From the NCBI GenBank assembly GCA_964450755.1, contig CAYVDJ010000100.1, positions 1,665 through 65,664 on the forward strand: a stretch of DNA of 64,000 nucleotides. The letters are read 5' to 3'. The number at the start of each line of letters is the position of its first letter. Position 1 is the stretch's first letter. Positions 10,090 to 18,487 of the stretch are shown in pieces. This stretch comes from an uncultured Campylobacterales bacterium (lineage in GTDB: Bacteria; Campylobacterota; Campylobacteria; Campylobacterales; JAADDG01). Under the pieces are notes generated by a model. It made no database searches, was not told the DNA's origin, and worked only from the letters and a program-made list of their open reading frames with translations. A program made the position numbers and the translations under genes.

Positions 10090-10839
10090 TTATATTTCCA
10101 CCCTTTCAAAATCTCCGATTTCCAAAATATATCTGCCAAAAGCAAAAACAAAGAGATAATTTCCTATCAAAAAAAAGAGCCAGATAAAAATTTTCAGGTA
10201 GTGATTTATATCCAAAACAGATAATTTTAGCATAATCCACCACTTAAAAGCCTCCGCCTCTTTGATCAAAACTATGAACGGATTGATATATTTGCATTGT
10301 GAAAAACTCTCTTTGGAGTGGAGTTGTATCGTTTCAAACAGATCGTTTTGTATATAATCGGGGGGAGTTTGATAAAGAGCGATTATAAGAAGTATAAAAG
10401 TTATGATGGTTGCATTTATCCATGAGGTTATATTTTTTGTGATTGGATATTTGATATTTTTGTTTAATACTCTCTTTTTTAAAAGAAAGTTATACAAAAA
10501 AACAAGCACAAAAACATCTCCTCCAAAGAGTATAAAATCTGTTGTATTGAAATTCACAAGAGCCGCAAAAAGTGAAAGAGAGAGGATGATACCGCTAAAG
10601 AGCGAAAAAACAAAAAGAAAGACTTTTTTGGTAAAAAAGAGATAAAAAAGAGAGTTTTTTTCAAAATAGCATTTTGCCAGACAGATTCTTTTTGCAACAA
10701 CAAACTCATAAGTGCTTTTGAAGATCACGATTCCTGCAAAAAGAGGGAAAAACAGAGATATACAGCTATACTCATATAGCTTTTGCCACAAAAGAAGAGC
10801 GATAAAACCTAAAAAAGAGAAAAGTAACTGTTTTTGCAT
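10090..10839 (-). CDS. Polytopic inner-membrane protein, unknown function
   Basis: 249 aa with at least 6 hydrophobic segments. It ends 1 nt before the nagZ start. Confidence 0.6.
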   Translation of the reverse strand: MQKQLLFSFLGFIALLLWQKLYEYSCISLFFPLFAGIVIFKSTYEFVVAKRICLAKCYFEKNSLFYLFFTKKVFLFVFSLFSGIILSLSLFAALVNFNTTDFILFGGDVFVLVFLYNFLLKKRVLNKNIKYPITKNITSWINATIITFILLIIALYQTPPDYIQNDLFETIQLHSKESFSQCKYINPFIVLIKEAEAFKWWIMLKLSVLDINHYLKIFIWLFFLIGNYLFVFAFGRYILEIGDFERVEI

Positions 10840-10952
10840 AATTTTATATTTTCAATTCCTGAATTTATATTAAGGGCATCTTCAATGCTCTTAAGATTAT
10901 AACATTTTAAAACTATTTTTGATACAATCTTGCAAAAACTAAAGGCGGTTCA

Positions 10953-12218
10953 ATGGGACAGACAATTACTGAAAAAATCTTTAGCGAACATGTAAAAAGA
11001 GATGTAAAAGCCGGAGAGATTATCAGATGTGATATTGATATGATCATAGGAAACGATATTACTACGCCGATTTCGATAAGGGCGTTTAGAGAGAGCGGAG
11101 CCAAAAAACTTGCAAAACCGGATAATTTTTCAATCGTATTGGATCATTTTATCCCTGCAAAAGATATCGCAAGTGCAAATCAGGCGAAAATAAGCAGAGA
11201 GTTTGCTTATGAACATAACCTAAAACACTTTTTTGATGAGAAAGATATGGGGATAGAACATGCTCTTTTGCCTGAAAAAGGGCTTATCGTTCCCGGTGAT
11301 GTTATCATCGGAGCTGATTCTCATACCTGTACCCACGGAGCGCTTGGGGCATTTGCTACCGGAATGGGTTCAACCGATTTGGCATTTGCAATGATAACGG
11401 GCAGTAACTGGTTTAAAGTACCCGAAGCTATCAGGGTTGTTTTCAAAGGGAAGCCAAAAGAGTTTGTTTACGGAAAAGATCTGATACTAGAGATTATCAG
11501 GATGATAGGCGTTGACGGAGCGCTGTATAAAACTTTGGAGTTTACGGGGGATACGATAAAATATCTTTCGATGGATGACAGATTCAGCCTTTGCAATATG
11601 GCGATAGAAGCGGGTGCCAAAAACGGTATTGTTGCTGTTGATGAGATAACAAAAGAGTTTTTAAAAGATAAAAATCTCTCAAGAGAGACAAAATATCACT
11701 ATTCGGACGAAGATGCCGACTATGTGCAGACTATCGAGGTTGATGTCTCCTCTCTTGAGCCGGTTATCGCATATCCGCATCTTCCCTCAAACGGTAAACC
11801 TCTAAGCAGGGCTGTAAAAGATGATCTGGCAGTTGATCAGGTTTTTATAGGAAGCTGCACCAACGGCAGACTTGAGGATCTAAGGATTGCCGCTAAGATA
11901 CTAAAAGGTAAAAGAGTTGCAAAAAAGACCAGAATGATCGTAACTCCTGCCACCCAAAAGATCCTAAAACAGGCTGAAAAAGAGGGGCTTGTCGATATCT
12001 TTATCGATGCAGGGGCAGTTGTGAGCAATCCTACCTGCGGAGCCTGTCTTGGCGGTTATATGGGAATTTTGGGAGATGATGAGAGATGTATCTCGACCAC
12101 AAACAGAAATTTTGTGGGAAGAATGGGTGCTAGAAGCAGTGAAATATATCTTGCAAACAGTGCCGTAGCGGCGGCAAGTGCCGTAAAAGGCAAGATAGCC
12201 GATCCAAGAGATTTGTAG
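10953..12218 (+). CDS. leuC: 3-isopropylmalate (or homoaconitate) dehydratase large subunit, short archaeal-type
   Basis: 421 aa. Aconitase-family motifs DSHTCTHGALGAFATG and GSCTNGRLEDL, plus Cys ligands CGACLG. Confidence 0.9.
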   Translation: MGQTITEKIFSEHVKRDVKAGEIIRCDIDMIIGNDITTPISIRAFRESGAKKLAKPDNFSIVLDHFIPAKDIASANQAKISREFAYEHNLKHFFDEKDMGIEHALLPEKGLIVPGDVIIGADSHTCTHGALGAFATGMGSTDLAFAMITGSNWFKVPEAIRVVFKGKPKEFVYGKDLILEIIRMIGVDGALYKTLEFTGDTIKYLSMDDRFSLCNMAIEAGAKNGIVAVDEITKEFLKDKNLSRETKYHYSDEDADYVQTIEVDVSSLEPVIAYPHLPSNGKPLSRAVKDDLAVDQVFIGSCTNGRLEDLRIAAKILKGKRVAKKTRMIVTPATQKILKQAEKEGLVDIFIDAGAVVSNPTCGACLGGYMGILGDDERCISTTNRNFVGRMGARSSEIYLANSAVAAASAVKGKIADPRDL

Positions 12219-12800
12219 ATGATAAAAACTATCCCCTGCGTTATCTTTGCGGGAGGAAAAAGCAAAAGGATGGGGAGGGATAAGTCCCTTCTTCCTTTTG
12301 GAGGATTTGAGAGTCTGACTCTCTATCAGATGATGAGGTTCAAACCCTGCTTTGAGAATGTGTTTATCAGTTGCAAAGATAAAAACAAGTTTGATTTTGA
12401 GGGAAATTTTATAGAAGATATAAAAGATTTCAAAGATCACTCCCCTCTTATCGCTCTTGTATCTGTGTTTGAACAGTTAAAACACAATCATATCTTTGTT
12501 TTGAGTGTGGATTCTCCATTTTTTGGAATGGATGATTTTTACAGGCTTTATGAAAATATCGATAAGGGTTTTGATGCCGTTGTTGCAAAGCAGGGAGGCA
12601 AAATTCACCCTCTTTGTGCCATCTATTCAAAAAATATTCTCCTAAAAGCCAAAGAGTTTTTAAAAAACAAAAAACACAGACTGCAAACTCTTTTAGAGGA
12701 GTCAAAAACAGAATATGTCTGTTTTGACAAAGAGATGAGTTTTGCAAATCTAAACTATCAAAAAGATTATGAAAATGCAAAAAGGATTTCAAAATGGTAA
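12219..12800 (+). CDS. mobA: Molybdenum cofactor guanylyltransferase
   Basis: 193 aa. N-terminal VIFAGGKSKRMGRDKSLLPF is typical of MobA. The ATG directly abuts the leuC stop (TAGATG). Confidence 0.85.
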   Translation: MIKTIPCVIFAGGKSKRMGRDKSLLPFGGFESLTLYQMMRFKPCFENVFISCKDKNKFDFEGNFIEDIKDFKDHSPLIALVSVFEQLKHNHIFVLSVDSPFFGMDDFYRLYENIDKGFDAVVAKQGGKIHPLCAIYSKNILLKAKEFLKNKKHRLQTLLEESKTEYVCFDKEMSFANLNYQKDYENAKRISKW

Positions 12801-13081
12801 GACATATAGTATTTTTTAAACTGCCGGACAACTCTTCTGAAAAAATCAAAGAGCTTAAAGATATGCTTTTGGGGATGAAAGGCAAAGTGGAAGTTTTGGC
12901 AGATCTGGAAGTGGGAGTAAATTTCAGCCAGTCGCCAAGAGCGTATGATCTGGCTTTGATTACTGACTTTAAAAGCAGGGATGATTTAAAAACCTACTCC
13001 ACACACCCCAAACATCTGCCTATCGTAGAATTTATAAAAAAGAGTTCCATTGAAACGAAAGTGGTGGACTTTGAGAGGTAA
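12794..13081 (+). CDS. Dabb (stress-responsive A/B barrel) family protein
   Basis: 95 aa with the MVRHIVFFKL...HPKH pattern. Overlaps mobA by 7 nt. Confidence 0.75.
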   Translation: MVRHIVFFKLPDNSSEKIKELKDMLLGMKGKVEVLADLEVGVNFSQSPRAYDLALITDFKSRDDLKTYSTHPKHLPIVEFIKKSSIETKVVDFER

Positions 13082-13137
13082 AGTATAAATTATCCTGATT
13101 TTTGGATATACTAAGTAAAATTTTGAAAGTATAAAAT

Positions 13138-13641
13138 ATGAATTTTAATGAGCTGGAAACGGATAAAAAAGAGAAACTTCACCAGATGATACTCAAAGCT
13201 GCAATGAGTGTCGGAGGCAAAAACTTTTTTCTTAAAATGATAGAAGATATCAAAAAAGAGACAAAACATCCTCTTTTAAACAAAAGTATGGCTTTTAGGT
13301 GGACAATGGGTAGAATGAGCTGGAACAAACCTGTTTACAAAGATACGCTTACACTCCTGTTTGAGGGAATGAAAAATGAGGAAAAAAACGGCAGTATCCT
13401 TGCCTCTTTGGCACCTCGAAAGCACAAAACAACCTCAAATATGATGAGAGCTTTAAAGCCTTTGAAATTTACTGCAATGCCAAAAAACCAAAAAGAGGGA
13501 GAGGGATTTTCTTTTGCGGTTTTTGATGTGATAGAGGGTGAAAATACGAAAGTATCGGATATGTTTAAGACAATATTTTTTTATAATATTGATTTTGCAA
13601 AAAAAGCGTTAAATTATGAAGAGAAACAAAATGGACGGTAA
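13138..13641 (+). CDS. Hypothetical protein (167 aa)
   Basis: ORF only; I recognise no motif. Confidence 0.45.
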   Translation: MNFNELETDKKEKLHQMILKAAMSVGGKNFFLKMIEDIKKETKHPLLNKSMAFRWTMGRMSWNKPVYKDTLTLLFEGMKNEEKNGSILASLAPRKHKTTSNMMRALKPLKFTAMPKNQKEGEGFSFAVFDVIEGENTKVSDMFKTIFFYNIDFAKKALNYEEKQNGR

Positions 13642-13698
13642 AACAAGGTCAGATTGCAAAGCGGTGAGGTGGGACGGGTTGCCAAAATATGCTGATGG

Positions 13699-16041
13699 CT
13701 ACTCTCTGTTACAGAGAATGATATAGGGGCAGTATCTGCATTTTGAGAAATCTTCCGTTTTTGTAAAATTTATCTCTCTCTCTTTGAGATTTTGCAGTTT
13801 TTGATCAAAAAGAGCCAGTTTTTCATCAAAAAAGGGATCTTCTATCCACTCGCCGCTGTTTAGATCGCAGTAAAAAAGCTTTTCTATCTCTGCCTTGTTT
13901 TCCAAAAGGCGATAATAGATTGGAAGTTGAAAGTCGGTTGTTTTTGGAAGTGAGTTTTTGGTGCTTTTTGGTATTTTTCCGCTTTTGTAATCAATGATAA
14001 AAAGTTTTCCCTCCTTTTCATCGACTCTGTCAATTTTACCCCGAAATTTAAAACCGTTATAAATAATTTTAAATTCCTCCTCCAAAAATTTTATTCTAAA
14101 TCCCTCTTTAAATCTCTCAACCTCCTTTTTTGCAAAACTTTCCATTTTGGAAAGCCAGATATCGGCGGAGAGTTTTAACAATCCTTTATCCTCTGTCTCT
14201 TCATAAACGATCTCTTTGAGATTTTTCAGCAGTTTTTTTTCATCAAAAAATATCTCTTTTTTATAGAGTCTGTTCAGTGCTTTGTGTAAAATTATCCCGA
14301 TCTCTCTCTCGTCCATCTCATCTTTTGGAATCTGAAAATCCTCTAAAGCTCTTATATATTTTAGATAATATTTTCTTTTACAGTCCAAAAATGTTTTTAG
14401 TTTTGTAGGAGATAAAACCGTATTTCTGAAATCATACTCAATCTTTAGATCATGAAGCAAAAATCTCTCTTTTTGGGGAGTTGAGTTAAAAAGGATTTCA
14501 TTGAGTTTATCTTCATCCATCTCGTTTTTTTTGATGTCTGTAAGTTCATACAAAAATTTTGAAGGTCTGTGAAGATCGCTTTTTATATAGCTTACGGCAC
14601 TTTGTTTTGCATTTTGAAAAAGACGAAGATATTGGGATTTTTGTATGTTTTGGATATCTTTTGACGAGAGAAGTCCGACTTTGTGCCTAAGAGAGCTTGA
14701 TAGGAAAAAGTCGTTTGAAGGTGTTGTAAAAGTTTTTCCCTCATTGAAATCAACTGCGATTACTCCCTCAAAACTCAAACCTTTTGCATCTAAAAGTTTC
14801 ATAACAGCTATTTTGCCGCCTCTTTGATCATCTGTTTTTCTTTTTTTAAGCCGTTGTATAAAAAGATGAAAGATTTTATTGAAAGGGTAGTTTGAAAGAT
14901 AATTTGACAATCTCAAAAATTTATAAAGCTCTTCCTCATAGATCAGATTCTCTTTTTGATCAGAACTTTTAAACTCCTCAAAAAGGTTTTTCAGACTCTC
15001 TTTTGGGATCTTTTTCTCCCAGACGGCTTCAAAACTATTCTTGATTTTCTCTTCCTGATAACCGAGTCTGGTAATTCTGTGCAGACTTTCAAAATTTTTT
15101 TGGCTAAAATAGTCATATACGCTTTGGAGTTTTTTATATATTTGGGAATTTTCAAAAGTGAAATTGTTGATGAAGTAAAAATTTTTCTCCTCATCAAAAA
15201 GATGAAGCAGTTTGAAAAAATCCTCACTGTTTGAGATCACGACGATATTTTCCGGTTTTATAGAGCTTTTGATAAAATCATAAACCTTTTTTTTCATATA
15301 GGCGATTTGCGTAAGAGCATTGGAGGCTTCAAAAACTTCATACTCTTTTGGTTTTTTCTCCAGAGGCGTTTTTTTTAGAATCTTTTTGGATGAGAGGTTG
15401 ATCTCATATTCATATCCTTTTTCCAAAAAGATGCCCAAACCCTCATATTTTGAAGCTACTTTAGAGTTGAAATCATCAATCTTTATCTTTATAAAAACAG
15501 ATACCGTTTTACTTGCCTCATCGAGAAGTTTCAACTCAAAAGAGCTTATGTAATCTTCCTGATAAAAGATTATTTTTTGAAATGATTTGATAAAAGAGAG
15601 ATTTAGTCTGTACTCTTTGGGAGTAAAAATTCCGTCTCCGTAACCTTTTTTATCCAAAAGCTTTTTATATCTTTTTTTAAGCTCTCTCAAGATATCTATC
15701 CGCTCTTCAAATTCGGCATAGGGATCGGAACTTTTCAGCTTTTTCAGATCAACAAATTCATCTGCGCACTCTTGAAGGAAACTGAAAATATAAGAGCTGC
15801 TTTCCAAAAAAGAGATAAAATCAAGTTTGAATTTTAACTTTTCAAACCCCTCAAAATCGGCAGCCTCTCTTAGAAGAAGAACTCTTGTATCCGGATCCGG
15901 AAATATTTTGTCATCTATCAGCAAAGAGCGCTGTTTAAAATCCTCAAAAGAGATCATCTTATCGATAAAACCGTTTGAAGAGATATATCTTTGGTATTCG
16001 TTTTGAATAAGATTTGCGTTGTGAAATATTTTTAGTGTCAT
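13699..16041 (-). CDS. addB: PD-(D/E)XK nuclease, AddB-like (helicase-nuclease subunit B type)
   Basis: 780 aa. RecB-family nuclease motif GKIDRVD...FIIDYKSGK and a terminal Cys cluster CRYCPYIILC, as in AddB Fe-S nuclease domains. Confidence 0.65.
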   Translation of the reverse strand: MTLKIFHNANLIQNEYQRYISSNGFIDKMISFEDFKQRSLLIDDKIFPDPDTRVLLLREAADFEGFEKLKFKLDFISFLESSSYIFSFLQECADEFVDLKKLKSSDPYAEFEERIDILRELKKRYKKLLDKKGYGDGIFTPKEYRLNLSFIKSFQKIIFYQEDYISSFELKLLDEASKTVSVFIKIKIDDFNSKVASKYEGLGIFLEKGYEYEINLSSKKILKKTPLEKKPKEYEVFEASNALTQIAYMKKKVYDFIKSSIKPENIVVISNSEDFFKLLHLFDEEKNFYFINNFTFENSQIYKKLQSVYDYFSQKNFESLHRITRLGYQEEKIKNSFEAVWEKKIPKESLKNLFEEFKSSDQKENLIYEEELYKFLRLSNYLSNYPFNKIFHLFIQRLKKRKTDDQRGGKIAVMKLLDAKGLSFEGVIAVDFNEGKTFTTPSNDFFLSSSLRHKVGLLSSKDIQNIQKSQYLRLFQNAKQSAVSYIKSDLHRPSKFLYELTDIKKNEMDEDKLNEILFNSTPQKERFLLHDLKIEYDFRNTVLSPTKLKTFLDCKRKYYLKYIRALEDFQIPKDEMDEREIGIILHKALNRLYKKEIFFDEKKLLKNLKEIVYEETEDKGLLKLSADIWLSKMESFAKKEVERFKEGFRIKFLEEEFKIIYNGFKFRGKIDRVDEKEGKLFIIDYKSGKIPKSTKNSLPKTTDFQLPIYYRLLENKAEIEKLFYCDLNSGEWIEDPFFDEKLALFDQKLQNLKEREINFTKTEDFSKCRYCPYIILCNRE

Positions 16042-16154
16042 TTTTTTATTTTACACTTTTATTATTTTTTAGGACTTAAAAGCAGATTTTAGTTGTGTCT
16101 CTTTGACCTAATCGCCCGGGCATAGAGTCCAGGCGATATAGGAAATCACCATAT

Positions 16155-16814
16155 TTAGCCGACAGTTACATCATCGCACCGTTTTTTGAAATACTCTTTG
16201 TCAGCTTTGCACAAAGGACATTTGTTTGGCGCTTTTTTGCCTCTGTGAATATGTCCGCATATTTCGCATACCCACTCTTCTTCTTCATCGGAGTTGAAAA
16301 ATCCCTCATTTTCCAATGCTGTTATGAGTTCAAGATACTCTTTTTCATGTTCTACTTCAACCTTTCCGATAGCTCCAAAGAGTCTTGCTATCTCTTTAAA
16401 ACCCTCTTCTTTTGCGATTTGTGCGAAATTTGGATACATCTCTTCATGCTCGTATCTCTCTCCGTCAGCCGCATATTTTAGATTTTTTGCCGTTGTATCA
16501 AGATCCATATCGTTGATTAGTCTGTTATATGCTTTATATTCTGCCATTGCATGATATTTTTCATTGTCTGCAGCTTCCTGAAAAAATCTTGCTATTTTGT
16601 GATAGCCCTCTTTTTGTGCGATTTCGGCAAAAAATTCATATTTGTTTCTAGCCTGACTCTCTCCTGCAAAAGCTTTCATCAAATTTACAGCCGTCAGATT
16701 TTCTGTTATACACTCCATCTCTTCACCACAGCAGACAAGTGTTCCGCCCCCTACTTTTTGTACCTCTACCTCATTTTTGCAAATATTACATCTGTATGTT
16801 TCGTACTGTCTCAC
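16155..16814 (-). CDS. rbr: Desulforubrerythrin-type rubrerythrin (desulforedoxin-like N-domain, diiron four-helix bundle, C-terminal rubredoxin)
   Basis: N-terminal CNICK...CCGEEM, two ExxH diiron motifs (NEKYHA, EVEHEKE), and C-terminal CEICG...CPLC. Confidence 0.85.
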   Translation of the reverse strand: MRQYETYRCNICKNEVEVQKVGGGTLVCCGEEMECITENLTAVNLMKAFAGESQARNKYEFFAEIAQKEGYHKIARFFQEAADNEKYHAMAEYKAYNRLINDMDLDTTAKNLKYAADGERYEHEEMYPNFAQIAKEEGFKEIARLFGAIGKVEVEHEKEYLELITALENEGFFNSDEEEEWVCEICGHIHRGKKAPNKCPLCKADKEYFKKRCDDVTVG

Positions 16815-17326
16815 TTTATGTTTCCTTTTATACTTTCTAAAAATTCCGTTATATCATCGTAAAGTGCCTGAAGATCCTCTTCATGCTCCACCTCATCCGC
16901 CAAAATCCGACTGACCATATCGTAGGTAACGATATCCTTGTTTCTTGTTAAATCGGCAATTTCACTGTAAACTGTTATTGCACACTGTTCGCCTTTTATC
17001 GCATCTTCCAAAATTTGTGCAACATCAAAATCTTTTGGCTCTTCATATCCGCAGTTGCTATGACTCATCCACTCTTTTGGACTAAGAAGAGGAGTTCCTC
17101 CAAGTTGCAGGATTCTGTCTGCAACCATTGTGGCATGACGCAATTCATCGGCGGCATGTTGATCAAGCTCTGCAATAGCCGCATCTTTCATCAACCCTTT
17201 TACCACTTTGCTCTCTATATAATATTGATAATATGCAAGCCACTCATCTGCATAAGCTCTGTTTAAAAGCTTTGTAACCTCCTGTATCTCTATTCCTTTG
17301 ATAATAGAATTTCCTCTTTTTGCCAT
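16811..17326 (-). CDS. Ferritin-like diiron protein (bacterioferritin/DPS-like family)
   Basis: 171 aa with ADEWLAYYQY...DELRHA...EVEHEED ferritin-like ligand spacing. Overlaps rbr by 4 nt. Confidence 0.7.
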   Translation of the reverse strand: MAKRGNSIIKGIEIQEVTKLLNRAYADEWLAYYQYYIESKVVKGLMKDAAIAELDQHAADELRHATMVADRILQLGGTPLLSPKEWMSHSNCGYEEPKDFDVAQILEDAIKGEQCAITVYSEIADLTRNKDIVTYDMVSRILADEVEHEEDLQALYDDITEFLESIKGNIK

Positions 17327-17370
17327 TACAGCCTCCTTTTTTTATCAGAAAATATTTTTCCTAAGAAAAT

Positions 17371-17384
17371 TATATTCTAATATA
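17371..17384. promoter_or_regulatory. 14-bp palindrome TATATTCTAATATA upstream of the ferritin-like/rubrerythrin operon (candidate metalloregulator box)
   Basis: Perfect 6+2+6 palindrome about 45 nt upstream of the ATG at 17326. It overlaps a TATAAT-like element on the minus strand. The background is AT-rich, so chance occurrence is plausible. Confidence 0.25.
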
Positions 17385-17487
17385 GCTTAAACAGTAATAA
17401 ATTACAGAAGAAAAAAATTTTCCTGTATGATTTTATGTTAAAAAACGATTTTTTATATGAAAATGGCAGATAATTTTGAAAGATGAT

Positions 17488-17513
17488 TTACCGCCGTTTG
17501 AAAACGACGGTAA
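17488..17513 (-). terminator. Hairpin downstream of the small secreted-protein gene
   Basis: TTACCGCCGTT-tgaa-AACGACGGTAA: 11-bp arms with one mismatch and a 4-nt loop. It lies 28 nt beyond the stop at 17541, followed by only a modest U-rich tail. Confidence 0.45.
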
Positions 17514-17540
17514 TTATGTTTGAGAAGGGATTGTATTTTT

Positions 17541-17741
17541 TTATTTGTCTTTTAGAATTTTTTCAGCTTTTTCTTGAACTGTTTTATTGGCGTCAGCTTT
17601 TGTCTCTTCAACTTTTTTTGCAACTTCCTGCTTGACAGCCTCTACAGCCTCTTTTTTCATCTCAGCCGCTGCTTCTGAAGCAAATGCAGTAGCGCTTAAA
17701 AATGCAACTGCCAAAAGTGATGATATAATTTTCTTTGTCAT
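17541..17741 (-). CDS. Small exported Lys/Glu/Ala-rich helical protein (66 aa)
   Basis: Internal ATG at 17741 preceded by GGAGAAAT. Signal peptide MTKKIISSLLAVAFLSATAFA/SE. The longer track ORF start is unsupported. Confidence 0.55.
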   Translation of the reverse strand: MTKKIISSLLAVAFLSATAFASEAAAEMKKEAVEAVKQEVAKKVEETKADANKTVQEKAEKILKDK

Positions 17742-17809
17742 AATTTCTCCTTGTTTGTATTGAAATGACGGGGTAATTGTAAAAAAAAATTGTGTAATAA
17801 TTGTGTAAT

Positions 17810-18487
17810 TTAAAATATACCGTAACCCAATGCGGGAAAATTTTTGATAATTTCTTTTGAAGTTTTTTGTCTTACCCTTTTGACAAGTGTTCTCAATGCT
17901 GTGGGAGTAAATGTTCCCTCTTCCCATATCATATTTTTTATCTCTTCTATTCTGACTGCTCTGTTTCTGTTCTTTATGAGAAGCTCTAAAAAAGCCAACT
18001 CTTTTTTTGTTAAATTGATAAGAACTCCGTTTTTACTGAAAATTGCTCTTTTGTTTTTGTCATAATAAAAATCACCGTCGAGTTCTATCTTAAAAGAGCC
18101 AAATTTTTTTGCTATTTCACATATAGTCTCTAAAAGTTTTTCGGGGGTAAAAGGTTTTACGAGATATTTGTTTACTCCTATATCTATCGCTTCAAAAAGA
18201 GTCTTTTTTTCACTGTAAGCCGTCAGTAGTAAAACGGGGGTATTGGGGGAGATATTTTTTATCTCTTTTGCAAATTCCATACCGTTTATTACAGGCATTT
18301 CAATATCTGTAATAACTATATCAAAACTCTTTTTTTGAAAGATATCCAATGCCTCTTTTCCGTTTTTTGCCGTATCGAATCTGTTAAATTCATCTTCCAA
18401 AACATCTTTGAGAGTCTCTCTAATCCCCTCTTCATCTTCTGCATAAAGGATATTCAGTGTTTTAAGCAACTCTTTGCACTTCATCAT
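17810..18487 (-). CDS. OmpR-family response regulator (REC + winged-helix)
   Basis: 225 aa with YAEDEE, the phospho-acceptor context DIVITDIEMP, KPF, and a C-terminal wHTH (LTKKELAFLELL...GYGI). Confidence 0.88.
   Translation of the reverse strand: MMKCKELLKTLNILYAEDEEGIRETLKDVLEDEFNRFDTAKNGKEALDIFQKKSFDIVITDIEMPVINGMEFAKEIKNISPNTPVLLLTAYSEKKTLFEAIDIGVNKYLVKPFTPEKLLETICEIAKKFGSFKIELDGDFYYDKNKRAIFSKNGVLINLTKKELAFLELLIKNRNRAVRIEEIKNMIWEEGTFTPTALRTLVKRVRQKTSKEIIKNFPALGYGIF

Noticed and set aside
10919-10928. Extended -10-like TGATACAAT upstream of leuC, and the possibility of a leucine leader or T-box.
   Set aside because: The element is only 25 nt from the ATG. No leader peptide or T-box specifier structure is visible in the 113-bp spacer. 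It is too weak to report as a feature.
13699-16041. A large PD-(D/E)XK nuclease without an adjacent helicase, next to a hypothetical gene, considered as a possible defence nuclease.
   Set aside because: The size (780 aa), the C-terminal Fe-S Cys cluster and the nuclease motif fit housekeeping AddB. The addA and addB genes are unlinked in Helicobacter, and no other defence-type genes lie nearby.
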